Shown here: piece after piece, positions 18,646 through 30,142 of the stretch | Layout: every line of letters begins with the position of its first letter | Position numbering within the stretch: position 1 is the stretch's first letter | From: an uncultured delta proteobacterium | GTDB taxonomy: Bacteria > Desulfobacterota > Syntrophobacteria > Syntrophobacterales > Syntrophobacteraceae | Assembly: GCA_963808625.1 (NCBI GenBank) | Contig: CAWEHK010000019.1 | Location: 32,001-96,000, forward strand | Direction of reading: 5' to 3' | Length of the DNA: 64,000 nucleotides | Program-made: the position numbers and the translations under genes | Notes under the pieces: generated by a model | The model's input: the letters and a program-made list of their open reading frames with translations, nothing else | What the model was told of the DNA's origin: nothing | The model's database searches: none

Positions 18646-20140
18646 TCACTTCTTTGCCGCTTTCCTGGCTTCCAGCCAATCTTCAAGCTCCTTCAGAGTC
18701 TTGCTCAGGTGATAACGGCCATCGGCGAAAACTCCGTAGTCGCCACCCCCCGCCATTGCCGACGTGAAGCGGATGTTATTAGCGTGAAAGAGCCACATAT
18801 CGCTCCACAGTTTCTCGCTGAACTCATCAAAAGGATTCCCGCCCTTGTCGAGTCCGGCAGCCAGGCCGCGCTTCCAGATATCTTTCATGAGTTGGGTCCC
18901 GGCCAGCGTGGCCGCGTTGGTCTGTTCGATGGTGTTGAGAAAGCGCGACCAGTGGCCTTCCACCCAGGACTTGGCGTGACAGCGCTGACAACTGGCCTGC
19001 ATCAGTTGGGCGGCGGCCGTTCGGTCCTGGGGGTTGAGGAGGAAACTACTCGCGAAGCCACCCTCGAAATCGGTTGGCAGGGGCAGTCCGTCCTTGTTGC
19101 GGATTGCCGAGAGGTTAGCCTCCTTCGGATGAGGATGGGCATATATGAGCCCAAAGATACGCCAGGGCATTCGGTTCTTCACTTCATGAGTGCGCTCACT
19201 CACGACCTTGCCATCGCCGTCAACGAGAAGACTGATATGACAAGCGGCACAGGTCGGCGCCGTGAAGTCCTTGCCGATGCTCCAGGGTACATTCTTGAAA
19301 TTCCATTCCGCCTGCTTGGCGGAAAAAATATTGCCATGCTTGCTCGCTTCATAAATCTTGTTTGCCGGAGTATCCGGGCCCACGTGGCATTCCTTGCAGG
19401 TGTAGGGTTTACGCGCCATCTCGATGGAGAAATCATGTCTTGTGTGGCAGGCTGTGCACGATCCCCGAGTGCCATCCAGATTGATGCGCCCGACACCCTG
19501 GTTGGGCCACCCGGAAATGATCGGAAATTCCATCTCGCCCATCTCCGTTTCGCGCGATTTTGTGCCGGTTACTTCAAGCTTGGTGCCGTGGCAGTAGAGG
19601 CAGGATTCAGCCTCGGTAGCGGCGTTGGCGGGCTTGAGGACGATCTTCCCTTTCTCGAGCACCGGTGAGCCGTTGATCGAGAGCATGAGTTGCTGGTAGA
19701 GGCTGTTGTCAACCAGGTTGCCGTAGGCGTGAGCCATAAGGTTCTTGTCGAACTGCTGCGCCTCCTGGACGTGGCAGGTCGCGCAATCGGCGGGGCTCAC
19801 CACAATATGGATATCCTGACCGTTATGGTCGAAGGTGTCCTTGTGCTCCTTGGCGCGCAGAGTATGGCATTCGGCACAGCCGATCGAGACATTCTTCAGT
19901 TCGTCGGGAACGTCCTGGACGGAAATCTTGCGACTCAGGCCCTGAACGGCCAGGGCTGCGGCCGGCGTCGTCGCCGCATGCCGACTTTTTTTCCAGCTTT
20001 CAACATGCCCCGGATGGGTCGTTGCGTGACAGCCGAGACATTCCTCGGTGGCACTGCTGGGAGTGACTTCGCCGTCCAGCTCCCCTCATCCCCGCAAAGG
20101 TGGCAATCAAAAAAACAAGGGCAACTGCTACTCGCTTCAT
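18646..20140 (-). CDS. Octaheme cytochrome c, hydroxylamine oxidoreductase (HAO) family; frameshifts in the 5' part (about 19930-20090)
   Basis: Signal-like MKRVAVALVFLIATF; eight CxxCH: CLGCH and CAECH (hand-read upstream), CATCH, CLYCH, CTACH, CKECH, CAACH, CQRCH; GWPNQGVGRINLDG, HTRHDFS, YEASKHG. Confidence 0.85.
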
Positions 20141-20252
20141 GGCTCGGTCAACCTCCTGACGTTTGCACAACTCATGACGGACCCTCTACGTTGTTGAAGA
20201 TGTATACTCCATGTTGGAGTCAGTTGTCCATCAGTGTTGTGGGGAGGGTGTA

Positions 20253-20441
20253 GTCAGAAGTGGGAGTTCGCCGTGGCTTCATGTGACCATTACCTGATTG
20301 CGAATGAGCCTGCATGGTTTCGGTGGGCGCAAAAAGACGCGCCCACCCTACGCCGTGGCCCAATTGTAGGGTGGGCACAGCTTTACCGTGCCCACCAGGA
20401 CAGAAGACCCTGCCTTTCAGTAATTTCCAACTCCCACTTCT
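20253..20441. repeat. Composite repeat: 14-bp inverted repeats enclosing a REP-like doublet
   Basis: CAGAAGTGGGAGTT ... AACTCCCACTTCTG enclosing GGTGGGCGCAAAAAGACGCGCCCACCCTAC and GTAGGGTGGGCACAGCTTTACCGTGCCCACC. Confidence 0.7.
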
Positions 20442-20754
20442 GTTCACACCCTTGTGGGGAAGCGGAAACAGGCGGTTTGCCACCCTTGGCCGGGGTCCCG
20501 TCAGTAATTCTCTTTCGCCATTCCCCGAAGAGAGCATATAAAGGGTGTTGTCAGGACCGGTCCCAACTCTCTCGGCGTGGCCGAGGGTCAACGGAAGTCC
20601 GGATGAGACTTAAATTCCTCTTTACAAATGAAACCAACGGAGAATACTGTTTGATGCTTCGAACAGGAAGGACCTCAGACTCCGGCGTGAAAGCCGGTTC
20701 CAGACAACGCGCAAGAGTTGAGCGGCAAGGTAGGGAAGGCATAGCGGAGGACTC

Positions 20755-21165
20755 ATGCAACCACTTTCCGGCGTTGGAACACTGTCTCCCTGGGAGCCGG
20801 GCATATTCTCCCTGACCGTCTACAGCATTCTCGTCCTGGTCTTTGTCGCATCCCAACTCTTTCTTGCGGCCTGGTTGGGGGAGAAGAAACCGGGCATCGA
20901 GAAAGCGAGACCCTATGAGTGCGGCGTCATCCCCACCGGCTCCGCCCGTCTGCGTTATCCCGTTCCTTTTTATCTGGTAGCCATTTTTTTCCTCATTTTT
21001 GACGTCGAGGGCGCTTATATTTTCACCTGGGCCGTTGTCTACCGGGACCTTGGCTGGTCGGGGTGGATGCAGATGTCCTTTTTTATCGTTTTGCTGCTCA
21101 TCGGGCTCGTTTATCTCTGGAAAAAGGGAGGGCTTGATTGGAGGCCGGCTTACAAAACAAAGTAA
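20755..21165 (+). CDS. nuoA: NADH-quinone oxidoreductase subunit A
   Basis: [29 protein letters not shown]. Confidence 0.95.
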   Translation: MQPLSGVGTLSPWEPGIFSLTVYSILVLVFVASQLFLAAWLGEKKPGIEKARPYECGVIPTGSARLRYPVPFYLVAIFFLIFDVEGAYIFTWAVVYRDLGWSGWMQMSFFIVLLLIGLVYLWKKGGLDWRPAYKTK

Positions 21166-23600
21166 GCGACCGCTTCCTTGGGGTTGCGGATCTCGTCATC
21201 AACTGGTCCCGCCAGTACAGCCTCTGGCCGCTGTTTTTCGGGCTCTCGTGCTGTTTTGTGGAAGAGGCGACGGCTTTCACCTCCCGCTACGATATGGCCC
21301 GGTTCGGCGCGGAAGTGCTGCGTCCTTCCCCGCGCCAGGCGGATCTCCTGATTACCTCCGGCACCATCTTCAAGAAGATTGCCCCGGTCGTCCTGCGCCT
21401 GTACGAACAGATGGCGGAACCCAAGTGGGTCATCTCCATGGGCTCCTGTTCCAACTGCGGCGGGATGTACGACGTCTACAGCGTAGTCCAGGGCATCGAC
21501 CAGATTCTGCCGGTGGATGTCTACATCCCGGGATGTCCGCCAAGGCCCGAGGCGGTGCTTCAGGGGCTGGTGCTGCTGCAGGAAAAGATTGTTGCCACGG
21601 AGCGGCCGGCGCGGTCGGTTTTTCATCTCGGGGAGGGCGCGCAGGGGAGCCAGCGACCCATCTTGATCGACGGTCTGACGAAATCGCGCGATCCGCGTGG
21701 TCCGGGCATGCAGGGGACCGTAATCCGGGGAACTTCGGCCGTACCACCCAAGTTCTGGGGCAGCCGCGCCGATGATATGTGGACCCCTCCCGCGCGCCGC
21801 ATCGAGTTGAACGCGCACGACCAGTCTCTGGCGGCAACGCTCGAGCAAAGGTTTGGCGACGCCGTCCGGCAGGTCCCCCACACTTCCGACATGCTGACGT
21901 TCGAGGTGGAGCAGAGCCGTGCCAAGGAGGTATTGCGCGTGTTGAAGGCGGAAGTCTCACCACGGTTTTTGCGCCTCGATGACCTGACCGCGATCGATGA
22001 GTCCGCCCGCCGGGACCGCATGCCGCCGAAGGAATTGGCCGAGGCATTGACGGATATCGGGGAGGGGGGCACCCGCAAGCGGGTGGAGCGCCAGGTGTAT
22101 CCGGACTTTACCCTTGTCTATCACCTCCTTTCTTTCGATGGGCCCGCTCGCCTCCGCCTGAAAGTGGGCCTGACGGGAGAAGATCCCGTTGCCGATTCGA
22201 TCACGGACATCTGGCCGTCCGCCAACTGGTATGAACGGGAAGTCTTCGACCTCTTCGGGATACGCTTCGAGGGCCATCCGAACCTGCGCCGCCTGATCAT
22301 GCCCCACGACTGGGACGGCCATCCCCTGCGCAAGAGCTATCCCGGCCGGGCTACCGCGATGCCTCCGTATACGCTCGACGACGCTCGGAAACACCAGCCG
22401 CTCGACGGCGGGGTTTACGCGAAGCAGGCCGCCGGCGAAGAACAGCTCGTCCTCAACATCGGCCCCTCCCATGTCAGCACCCATGGGTTGCTGCGCTACA
22501 TCGTCTCGCTCAACGGGGAAGACATCACCGATCTTAACCTCGATATCGGCTACCATCACCGGGGTGTCGAAAAAATCGGCGAGCGCCAGACCTGGCACCA
22601 GTTTATCCCATATTGCGCCCGAGTGGACTACCTGGCGGGCGCGGCGAACGACCTCCCTTACGTCCTGGCGGTGGAGACCCTGGCGGACATCAAAGTGCCG
22701 GAGCGGGCGCAGGTGATCCGCGTGCTGCTCTCCGAGCTCTTTCGCCTGAGCAACCATCTCGTCTGGTTTGCCACCTACGCTCATGATGTGGGGGCGATGA
22801 CGCCCAATTTCTACGCCTTCGCCGAGCGGGAAATGATTCTCGATATCGTTGAGCTCATCACCGGGGGCCGCCTGCATCCTTCCTGGTTCCGTCTGGGAGG
22901 CGTTGCCGCCGACTTGCCGGACGGCTGGAAAGAAGCGGTGGATGCGTTCGTCAAGATCTTCCCCGGGCGTCTTCAAGAATATGAAAATCTGATCAGGAAG
23001 AACCCCATCTTTAAGGCTCGAACCCAGGGGATCGGGCGTATTTCCCTTGAAGACGCCATGGACTGGGGTGTTACCGGCCCGAATTTGCGGGCGTGCGGGC
23101 TGGAATGGGACTTGCGCAAGAAGTTCCCCTACTCGGGTTACGAGAACTTCGAGTTCGATATCCCAACGGCCTACCGAGGGGGATTGCTACGCGCGCTATC
23201 TCGTGAGAGTCGAAGAAATGCGCCAGAGCCTGAGGATCATTGCACAGGCCGCCGCGAATATGCCGCCGGGCCGCCATGTGACCGACGATTACCGATACGT
23301 GATTCCGGAGCGCAAGGATATGCTCAAGCATATCGAAAGCCTCATCCATCATTTCATCAATGTGACGGGCGGGCCCAAAATTCCCCGAGGCGAGGCCTAT
23401 CGGTCGTGCGAAATCCCGCGCGGCGAGCAGGGTTACTACGTGGTCAGCGACGGCCTCGGCTACGCCTACCGCATGCGCATCCGCGGCCCCGGATTTGCCA
23501 ACGTGCAGGTCATGCCCCTGCTGGCAACGGGGGAGAGCATCGCCGACCTCATTGCGATCATCGGTCGGTTGACTATATCTTGCCGGATATCGATCGGTGA
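21138..23600 (+). CDS. nuoBCD: Fused NADH-quinone oxidoreductase subunits B/C/D; two compensating frameshifts (about 23170 and 23565)
   Basis: Nuo[24 protein letters not shown]; Nuo[19 protein letters not shown]; Nuo[24 protein letters not shown]; the segment [17 protein letters not shown]...EIPRGE lies in the alternative frame; ends DIDR. Confidence 0.92.
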   Translation: MEAGLQNKVSDRFLGVADLVINWSRQYSLWPLFFGLSCCFVEEATAFTSRYDMARFGAEVLRPSPRQADLLITSGTIFKKIAPVVLRLYEQMAEPKWVISMGSCSNCGGMYDVYSVVQGIDQILPVDVYIPGCPPRPEAVLQGLVLLQEKIVATERPARSVFHLGEGAQGSQRPILIDGLTKSRDPRGPGMQGTVIRGTSAVPPKFWGSRADDMWTPPARRIELNAHDQSLAATLEQRFGDAVRQVPHTSDMLTFEVEQSRAKEVLRVLKAEVSPRFLRLDDLTAIDESARRDRMPPKELAEALTDIGEGGTRKRVERQVYPDFTLVYHLLSFDGPARLRLKVGLTGEDPVADSITDIWPSANWYEREVFDLFGIRFEGHPNLRRLIMPHDWDGHPLRKSYPGRATAMPPYTLDDARKHQPLDGGVYAKQAAGEEQLVLNIGPSHVSTHGLLRYIVSLNGEDITDLNLDIGYHHRGVEKIGERQTWHQFIPYCARVDYLAGAANDLPYVLAVETLADIKVPERAQVIRVLLSELFRLSNHLVWFATYAHDVGAMTPNFYAFAEREMILDIVELITGGRLHPSWFRLGGVAADLPDGWKEAVDAFVKIFPGRLQEYENLIRKNPIFKARTQGIGRISLEDAMDWGVTGPNLRACGLEWDLRKKFPYSGYENFEFDIPTAYRGGLLRALSRESRRNAPEPEDHCTGRREYAAGPPCDRRLPIRDSGAQGYAQAYRKPHPSFHQCDGRAQNSPRRGLSVVRNPARRAGLLRGQRRPRLRLPHAHPRPRICQRAGHAPAGNGGEHRRPHCDHRSVDYILPDIDR

Positions 23601-23667
23601 GCTCGTTTTTTTTGCCACGAATGAACACGAAGGAAGACGAAGACACACGAAGATACGGAAAGAAACC

Positions 23668-24654
23668 ATGTTGGCGTGGACCACAGGAATCCTCATACTG
23701 ATCGTTAAGCTGGGCATGGTGCTGGTGGTTTTGCTGCTTCTGGCGGCCTACCTGGTGTGGGTGGAGCGCAAATTCCTGGCCCGGCTGCAGATTCGCTATG
23801 GGCCCAATCGGGCAGGGAAATTCGGGTTGCTGCAGCCCATCGCGGATGTCGTCAAGATGCTTACCAAGGAAGACACGGTGCCGGATGGGGCCGAACGGCT
23901 GATTTTCATGCTCGCTCCTGCCGTCGTTGCGGCCACGGCCTTGTTGATGTTTGCCGTGATTCCCCTCGGTCCCGACCTGACCCTCTGGGGATTGAAGGTC
24001 CCCCTCGTGGTGACGGACCTCAACATCGGCCTGCTTTTCGTTTTCGCATTGTCGTCTTTGGGAGTCTATGGCGTCGCTCTCGGCGGTTGGGCCTCCAATT
24101 CCAAATACAGTCTGCTGGGGGGAATACGGGGAGCGGCTCAGATGATCAGCTATGAGCTTTCCCTGGGGCTCTCCCTGGTGCCGGTTGTCATGCTGGCCCG
24201 CTCCTTCAGCCTCGTGGATATCGTGCAGGCCCAGGAGCGGTATCCCTTCATCCTCGTTCAGCCGATCGCCTTTGTCATTTTCGTTGTCAGCGCCATGGCC
24301 GAGAGCAAGCGTATCCCGTTCGACCTCCCCGAGGCCGAGAATGAATTGGGTGCGGGCTTTCATACCGAGTACAGCGGCATGCGCTTCGGGCTTTTCTTCC
24401 TCGGGGAGTACGTCAACATGCTGGTTTTGGGGGGCATCGTCGCGGTGCTCTTCCTGGGAGGATGGCGCGGGCCGCTTCTGCCGCCCTTCGCGTGGCTTTT
24501 CATCAAGATCGCGGTCGTGGCACTGTTCATGATCTGGATGCGGGGGACGTTGCCCCGTCTTCGGTACGATCAATTGATGGCTTTGGGGTGGAAGGTATTG
24601 ATCCCGGTAGCCCTGGTTAACATTGTGGTGACGGGGGCAGTGACGTTGCTCTAG
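23668..24654 (+). CDS. nuoH: NADH-quinone oxidoreductase subunit H
   Basis: WVERK, RYGPNRAG, LLQPIADVVK, AAQMISYE, PFDLPEAENEL, PRLRYDQLM. Confidence 0.95.
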   Translation: MLAWTTGILILIVKLGMVLVVLLLLAAYLVWVERKFLARLQIRYGPNRAGKFGLLQPIADVVKMLTKEDTVPDGAERLIFMLAPAVVAATALLMFAVIPLGPDLTLWGLKVPLVVTDLNIGLLFVFALSSLGVYGVALGGWASNSKYSLLGGIRGAAQMISYELSLGLSLVPVVMLARSFSLVDIVQAQERYPFILVQPIAFVIFVVSAMAESKRIPFDLPEAENELGAGFHTEYSGMRFGLFFLGEYVNMLVLGGIVAVLFLGGWRGPLLPPFAWLFIKIAVVALFMIWMRGTLPRLRYDQLMALGWKVLIPVALVNIVVTGAVTLL

Positions 24655-24728
24655 ACGCCTGAAACCCTGGCGGGTTGGAAAACCCGCCCTCCTTTGACAA
24701 GAAGACCGGAGCAGTGATCTTGCGCTAA

Positions 24729-24915
24729 GAGCGTGTCTAAAGAAAGTGAGGGTGCTTGTCGGATTTTCCGAATGAACCCCGCAACGTCATTCCCGCATGG
24801 TTTTAGCGGGAATCCAGATTCTCAAAGGCCTGGACCCCCGCCAAAGCTTGTCCCAGCAGGCTTTAGGCGGGGAGCATGCGGGGGTGACGCCAAGAAGGGC
24901 TTTTTGGACACGCTC
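24729..24915. mobile_element. MITE with IS5-family-like ends, carrying an internal palindrome pair
   Basis: TIRs GAGCGTGTCTAAA / TTTGGACACGCTC (one mismatch), flanked by TAA / TGA; interior GTCATTCCCGCATG...GCGGGAATCCAG...CTGGACCCCCGC...GCATGCGGGGGTGAC; no transposase. Confidence 0.75.
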
Positions 24916-24973
24916 TGAAAGCTTGAAACCGAAAGCTGGGAATTATCCCATAAAGAGAGGAGAGCGCGAGGTT

Positions 24974-25511
24974 ATGGGAGCAGGCTGGGAAGCGATAAAG
25001 GCGCTGGCGTCCGGATTCGCCACCACATTCGAGCCATCTTTTTCGCAAGCCGATCACGGAGGAATACCCGGAGTTCAAACGCCCGTTGCCGGTTCGCACG
25101 CGCGCGGTGATCGTCCTGACGCGGGACCCCGATGGCGGCGAACGATGCGTGGCCTGCTACCTGTGCTCGGCCGTCTGCCCGGTGAGCTGCATCTCCATGC
25201 AATCGGCGGAAAGAGCAGACGGGCGTCGTTACGCTTCCTGGTTTCGCATCAATTTCGCGCGCTGCATTTACTGCGGCCTGTGTGAGGAGGCCTGCCCGAC
25301 CTCTGCGATCCAATTGACGCCCTATTTTGAAACCTGTAAGAGAAACATTTTGGACCTTGTTTACGAGAAGGAAGATCTCCTGGTGGATCACCAGGGGAAA
25401 GACAGAGAATACAACTTTTACCAATATGCGGGCGTGACCACCGCGGTGGGCGGCAAGGGTGAGCATATCCAGGAAGATGAACCGGTGAACCTCAGGACGA
25501 ATCTTCCCTGA
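24974..25511 (+). CDS. nuoI: NADH-quinone oxidoreductase subunit I (5' frameshifts)
   Basis: CVACYLCSAVCP and RCIYCGLCEEACP 4Fe-4S motifs; FRINFAR; LVYEKEDLL. Confidence 0.92.
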
Positions 25512-25550
25512 GTACAGAAAAGCAGTAGAAAGTGCCCATTATCCCCGGTC

Positions 25551-25618
25551 GTCATTCCCGCATGCTCCTGGCGGGAATCCAGCAATAGCGCCTGGGTGCT
25601 CGCCTTCGCGGGCATGAC
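25551..25618. repeat. GTCATTCCCG...GGGAATCCAG palindrome pair
   Basis: GTCATTCCCGCATGCTCCTGGCGGGAATCCAG...CTGGGTGCTCGCCTTCGCGGGCATGAC. Confidence 0.8.
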
Positions 25619-25701
25619 GACTGCAATTTGGAAGCTCATCTAGACGGTGTTTTACAAGGGTTTGCACCGATTAGTGACAACTTCGGCTCTACGGGTCTCC
25701 A

Positions 25702-26224
25702 ATGACATTGTATGCTCTAATCTTCTACATCGTGTCAGCGGTTACCGTGCTGGCAACCGCCGTGGCCGATCACCAGGCGCAATCTCGTGCATGCGGTGAT
25801 TTACCTGATTTTCTCCTACTTCGGCACCGCCATGCTTTTTTACCTCTTTGGGGCGCCCCTGCTGGCGGCTTTGGAGGTGATCATCTATGCGGGAGCCATC
25901 ATGGTCCTGTTTCTCTTCGTGCTCATGATGATCAGGATGGAGTCCTACCAGGAGGTCATGTTTCCACTGTGGCAGTGGCTTCCCGCCGCGGCCTTCGGGC
26001 GGATTTACCTGGTTGCTGGTTTTCGATCATGGTTTTCGGAACTCCGGGAACAGAGGTCCGCCTGCGATCTCGTGTTGGCCACCCCGCGGGATTTGCGCTG
26101 TATGTCTTCAAGGAACACTGGTTGTCCATCGAGATCGTCTCCCTGCTGCTGCTGGTCGCGCTCATCGGCGCCCTGCACCTGGGAAAGGGAAAAGCGAAAA
26201 ACCAGGCTCGAGGAGGAAGCATGA
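25702..26224 (+). CDS. nuoJ: NADH-quinone oxidoreductase subunit J (frameshifted)
   Basis: HAVIYLI, EVIIYAGAIMVLFLFVLMM, IEIVSLLLLVALIGA spread over two frames. Confidence 0.88.
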
Positions 26225-26527
26225 TCGTACCATTCAGCCATGTTCTGCGTTAGCCGGAATTCTTTTCGTGCTGGGCATGTTCTGCGCCGTGGCGCGCCGC
26301 AACCTGATCATGATCGTGCTGGGGGTGGAGATCATGTTGAACGCCGCGTCCATCGTCTTTGTGGGGGCCTCTGCGCTGGCACAGCCTCGAGGGCCAGACT
26401 TTCGTGCTGTTTATTCTGGCCATCGCCGCGACGGAGGTTTCTGTCGGGCTGGCCATCATCGTCTACGCGTTTCGGCGGACGGGTTCCTTTGACCCGGGAG
26501 CGTATAAGCGCGGTAGATGGGCTCTAA
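26221..26527 (+). CDS. nuoK: NADH-quinone oxidoreductase subunit K (frameshifted; end approximate)
   Basis: RRNLIMIVLGVEIMLNAA; GQTFVLFILAIAATEVSVGLAII. Confidence 0.88.
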
Positions 26528-26545
26528 GTATCCTTATATTTTCAA

Positions 26546-26614
26546 ACCACGGAACACACGAAAAACACGGAAAAATCACTTTTTGTCTTTCGGGTGTTTC
26601 GAGTATTTCGTGGT
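26546..26614. repeat. CACGAA-unit inverted repeat element
   Basis: ACCACGGAACACACGAAAAACACGGAAA...TTTCGGGTGTTTCGAGTATTTCGTGGT. Confidence 0.75.
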
Positions 26615-26675
26615 GAAAGATGGTGACTTGTTTTTCGACAACCCCTAAGGTGTTAATAGATCTGCGAGGAGCAAG

Positions 26676-28585
26676 ATGACCACCGTTTTAACTGAAGATG
26701 CGACCCTGTTCGGCGGTCACTTGTCGACCCTGTTGCCCTTCGCTGCTTTCGTCCTGATCATGATTTTGCCACGAGTCCAGGCCGCGGCTTTCCGCCGCGC
26801 TCTCCCTCGGGGCCGTTGCGGTATCCTCTTGGCTGCGCCCTGTTTCTCCTGATCAGCCACTGGGGAATGAAGCAACCGATTCAGCACACGGTTCCTGGCT
26901 CGATTCGAGCAACATCCAGGTCCCGCTGGGTTATCTGCTGGATCCGGTCAGCCTGCTGATGCTTACCGTGGTGCGTTGATCAGCCTCCTGATCCAGGTTT
27001 ATTCCTTGGGTTATATGGCTGGGGATCCCGGTTTTTCGCGCTATTACGCGCTCATGTCCCTCTTTGTCTGGGCGATGATGTGTCTGGCGGTTGCTCCCAC
27101 GATGTTCCAGCTCTACATCTTCTGGGAACTGGTCGGATTGTCGTCCTACTTTCTGATCGGTTTCTGGTACGAAAAATTCAGTGCCAGCCAGGCCGGTAAG
27201 AAAGCCTTTGTCATGACGCGGGCAGGGGATGTGGCCTTCTTTATCGGATCCTCGTGGTTTTGATGCATCTCGGCAATCTCAATATTCTGGACATGGACAG
27301 CCCCGAAATTGCCGCGCGCATGTCCCCGACCCTGCTCAATGTTTCTGCCCTGCTCATTTTTGGGGGCATCATCGGCAAGAGCGCACAGTTTCCGCTGATG
27401 ACCTGGCTGCCTGACGCCATGGAGGGGCCTACGCCGGTGAGCGCCCTGCTCCATTCCTCGACCATGGTTGCCGCCGGGGTTTACCTGTTCGAGCGTCTTT
27501 TCCCCTTTTTCAATCTGTCTCCCGTCGCCACCACCTTTGCTTTGTATCGGCGCGATCAGCATGCTCATGTCTTCCACCATGGCCATGGTCAGTCGCGATA
27601 TCAAGAAGATCCTGGCCTATTCCACCATCAGTCAGCTTGGTTTCATGATCATGGGACTGGATGCCGGCGATTTTTTCTCGGGCGCTTTTCACCTGACCAC
27701 CCATGCGGGTTTCAAGGCACTGCTGTTCCTTTGCTCCGGCGTATTCATTCACCACTATGCCACGAACGATATCTTCGAACTGGGTGAACAGGGCTGCCGC
27801 GGACTGAGAGCTCCGATGGCCTGCATGGTCATCGCCGCCGGTGCCCTCGCCGGATTGCCGCCCCTTTCAGGATTTTTCAGCAAGGAGGCAATCCTCGCGG
27901 GGTTGGCCCAACTCTCCAATCCCATCTGGCTCGGGGCGGGTCTCCTGGGGGTCTTCCTGACTGCCTATTATGCTTTCCGCATGATCTTCATTCTTCTCTT
28001 GCCACCGGATGTCCAAAAGGCCCATGAGGAGAACTCCGGCGATTCCGCTTCGGATCGCCATGCCGGCCGTCACCAGGGAGCTTACCGGGTAATGGTCTGG
28101 CCGTTGCTTATTCTGGCGGGTATTACGGTGCTCCTGGGATTTCTCCAGCACCCTCTGGAACAATTCCTTGCGACCGACCTTACCGCTGCTCCGCTATCCG
28201 GAGCACGGCACTACGCCTGGCTTCCCTATATTGCGCTCATGTTATCGCTCGGGGGAGTGGCCTTGGCCTGGATCGAGTTTGGTCGACGCAGGCCCGGCGG
28301 GTTGGATTCGTGGAGCGGGTGCCGTTTTTATACAAGCTCTTTGCCGAGCGCTGGTACCTCGACGATTTGTACCGCTTGCTTGTGGACCGGCTCATCGACA
28401 GAGGCATTTCCAGACTCTTTTTTGAAAATGACAACAGGGTGATTGACGGCGGCATCGACGAAATGTGCAAAGGCACGGTTGAAAGCGGCCGCTTCGTGGC
28501 CCTCCTGCATCCGGGCATGATTCAGCACCGTTTGCTGATGACGCTTTGCGGTCATGGTGTTGCTGTCGCTTTACTTTTCTTTTAG
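26676..28585 (+). CDS. nuoL: NADH-quinone oxidoreductase subunit L (several frameshifts)
   Basis: [93 protein letters not shown]. Confidence 0.9.
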
Positions 28586-28600
28586 GACCGTGATCACGTG

Positions 28601-28635
28601 ACCACTAACCACTAGTCACTAGTCACCAGTCACTG
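28601..28635. repeat. Heptamer tandem repeat (5 units)
   Basis: ACCACTA ACCACTA GTCACTA GTCACCA GTCACTG between nuoL and nuoM. Confidence 0.8.
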
Positions 28636-28658
28636 AACCAGCTAACAGGGTTTTACCG

Positions 28659-30142
28659 ATGCCCATGAGCCTATGCCGGTTTTCCATACCTTTCCGCCAT
28701 TCTGCTGAGCTGCGTGGTGGGCCTGCTGGCAATCATGGCCATCCCCGAAGAGCGCAAAACCTGCTCAGATGGGTGAGCGCAGTCTTCTCCGGGATCACCC
28801 TGGTTTTGTCCGCGTACCTCTTCTTCGCCTACGACAAGGGCCAGGGCGGGCTCCAATTCGTGGAGAAAGTTTCGTGGGTCCCGTCTCTCGGCATCTCACT
28901 ATTTCAACGCTGCCGACGGCTTCAATCTGCCCAATGCTCCTGCTTACCGGCATCGTGTTCTTCACCGGTGTCCTCACCATGTGGGAGCTCGAGGTGCGGG
29001 TAAAAGAATTCTATGCCCATTATTTTCTCCTGGTGGCCGCTGTTTTCGGGCTCTTTATGAGCATGGATCTCTTCTTCATCTTCGTCTGGTACGATGTTTC
29101 CCTTTTCCCCATGTATCTGCTGATCGCCGTCTGGGGCCATACCCGCAAGGAATATGGCGCCATGAAGCTGACCCTCTACCTGCTGGCGGGGAGTGCGCTG
29201 ATTCTGCCGGCCATCGTCTATCTTTTTACGAAGTCGGGCCTGCATACCTTCGATCTCCTGTCCCTCATGCAACCCGGGGTCTTCACCGCCGCCCAGCAGA
29301 AGTTCGCTTTTCTGCTGCTCTATTTGGGCTTCGGCATTTTGGCCGGCGTGTGGCCGTTCCACACCTGGTCGCCGGTGGGCCATGTGGCGGCGCCGACGGG
29401 GGTGAGCATGGTTCACGCCGGCGTCCTCATGAAGATGGGTGCCTTCGGTGTGCTGCGCGTGGCCATCTTCCTCTGCCCGGAGGGTTGGAAGTACTTCGGG
29501 CAACTCATGGGGCTGCTGGCCGCAGTGGGCATCATCTACGGCGCACTCGTGGGTCTGCGGCAGACCGATCTCAAATACGTCATCGGGTATTCGAGCGTGT
29601 CGCACATGGGCGTCGTCGGCCTGGGACTGTCGACCGTCTCGGTGCAGGGACTCAACGGAGCCGTATTCCAGATGTTTACCCACGGCGTCATGACGGCCTT
29701 GCTCTTTTCTTCGGTGGGCTACATTTATGACCGCACCCATACGAAAATGATCGATGAGCTTGGCGGGTTGAGCCGAATCATGCCGGTCGCCTCGGCCTAT
29801 TTCATTGTCGCGGCCCTGGCGGGCATGGGCGTCCCGGGCCTGGCAAATTTCTGGGGGGAGCTGCTGGTCTTCATTGCGGCGTTCAAAGTCTATCCGGTGC
29901 GGGCCGTTGTGGCGGTGCTTGCCCTGCTGGTCACGGCGCTCTTCATGCTTCGGGTCGTGCAGCGGACCTTTTATGGCCCCCGGAACGAACGGTACGCGCA
30001 GCTTCCCGACGTCACGTTTGGTGAGGGCATTCCCCGCATGATCCTCGCTGCGGTCCTGGTGCTGTTTGGCCTCTGGCCATCGCTCCTCCTTGACGTGATC
30101 CAGGCCGCTTCGATTCCTTTCATGAGTGGATTGCCAAGATGA
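28659..30142 (+). CDS. nuoM: NADH-quinone oxidoreductase subunit M (5' frameshifts)
   Basis: PMYLLIAVWG, WPFHTWSPVGHVAAPT, AGVLMKMG, IGYSSVSHMG, QMFTHG, PGLANFWGE. Confidence 0.92.

Noticed and set aside
18124..19668. Long antisense ORFs (18124..19668, 8379..9695, 23071..24573, 38867..40162, 45191..46591, 61342..62496)
   Set aside because: They are shadows of well-supported genes on the opposite strand in GC-rich DNA and show no recognisable motifs.
21138..23600. Group 4 NiFe hydrogenase (Ech/Hyf-like) interpretation of the nuo cluster
   Set aside because: The NuoD-like part has no N- or C-terminal CxxC nickel-binding motifs and no maturation protease gene is present; gene order matches complex I.
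23047..24654. NuoD-NuoH fusion suggested by the 535-aa ORF
   Set aside because: Artefact of the frameshifted nuoD segment reading through the intergenic CACGAA repeat; nuoD ends at DIDR-stop (23600) and nuoH has its own ATG at 23668.
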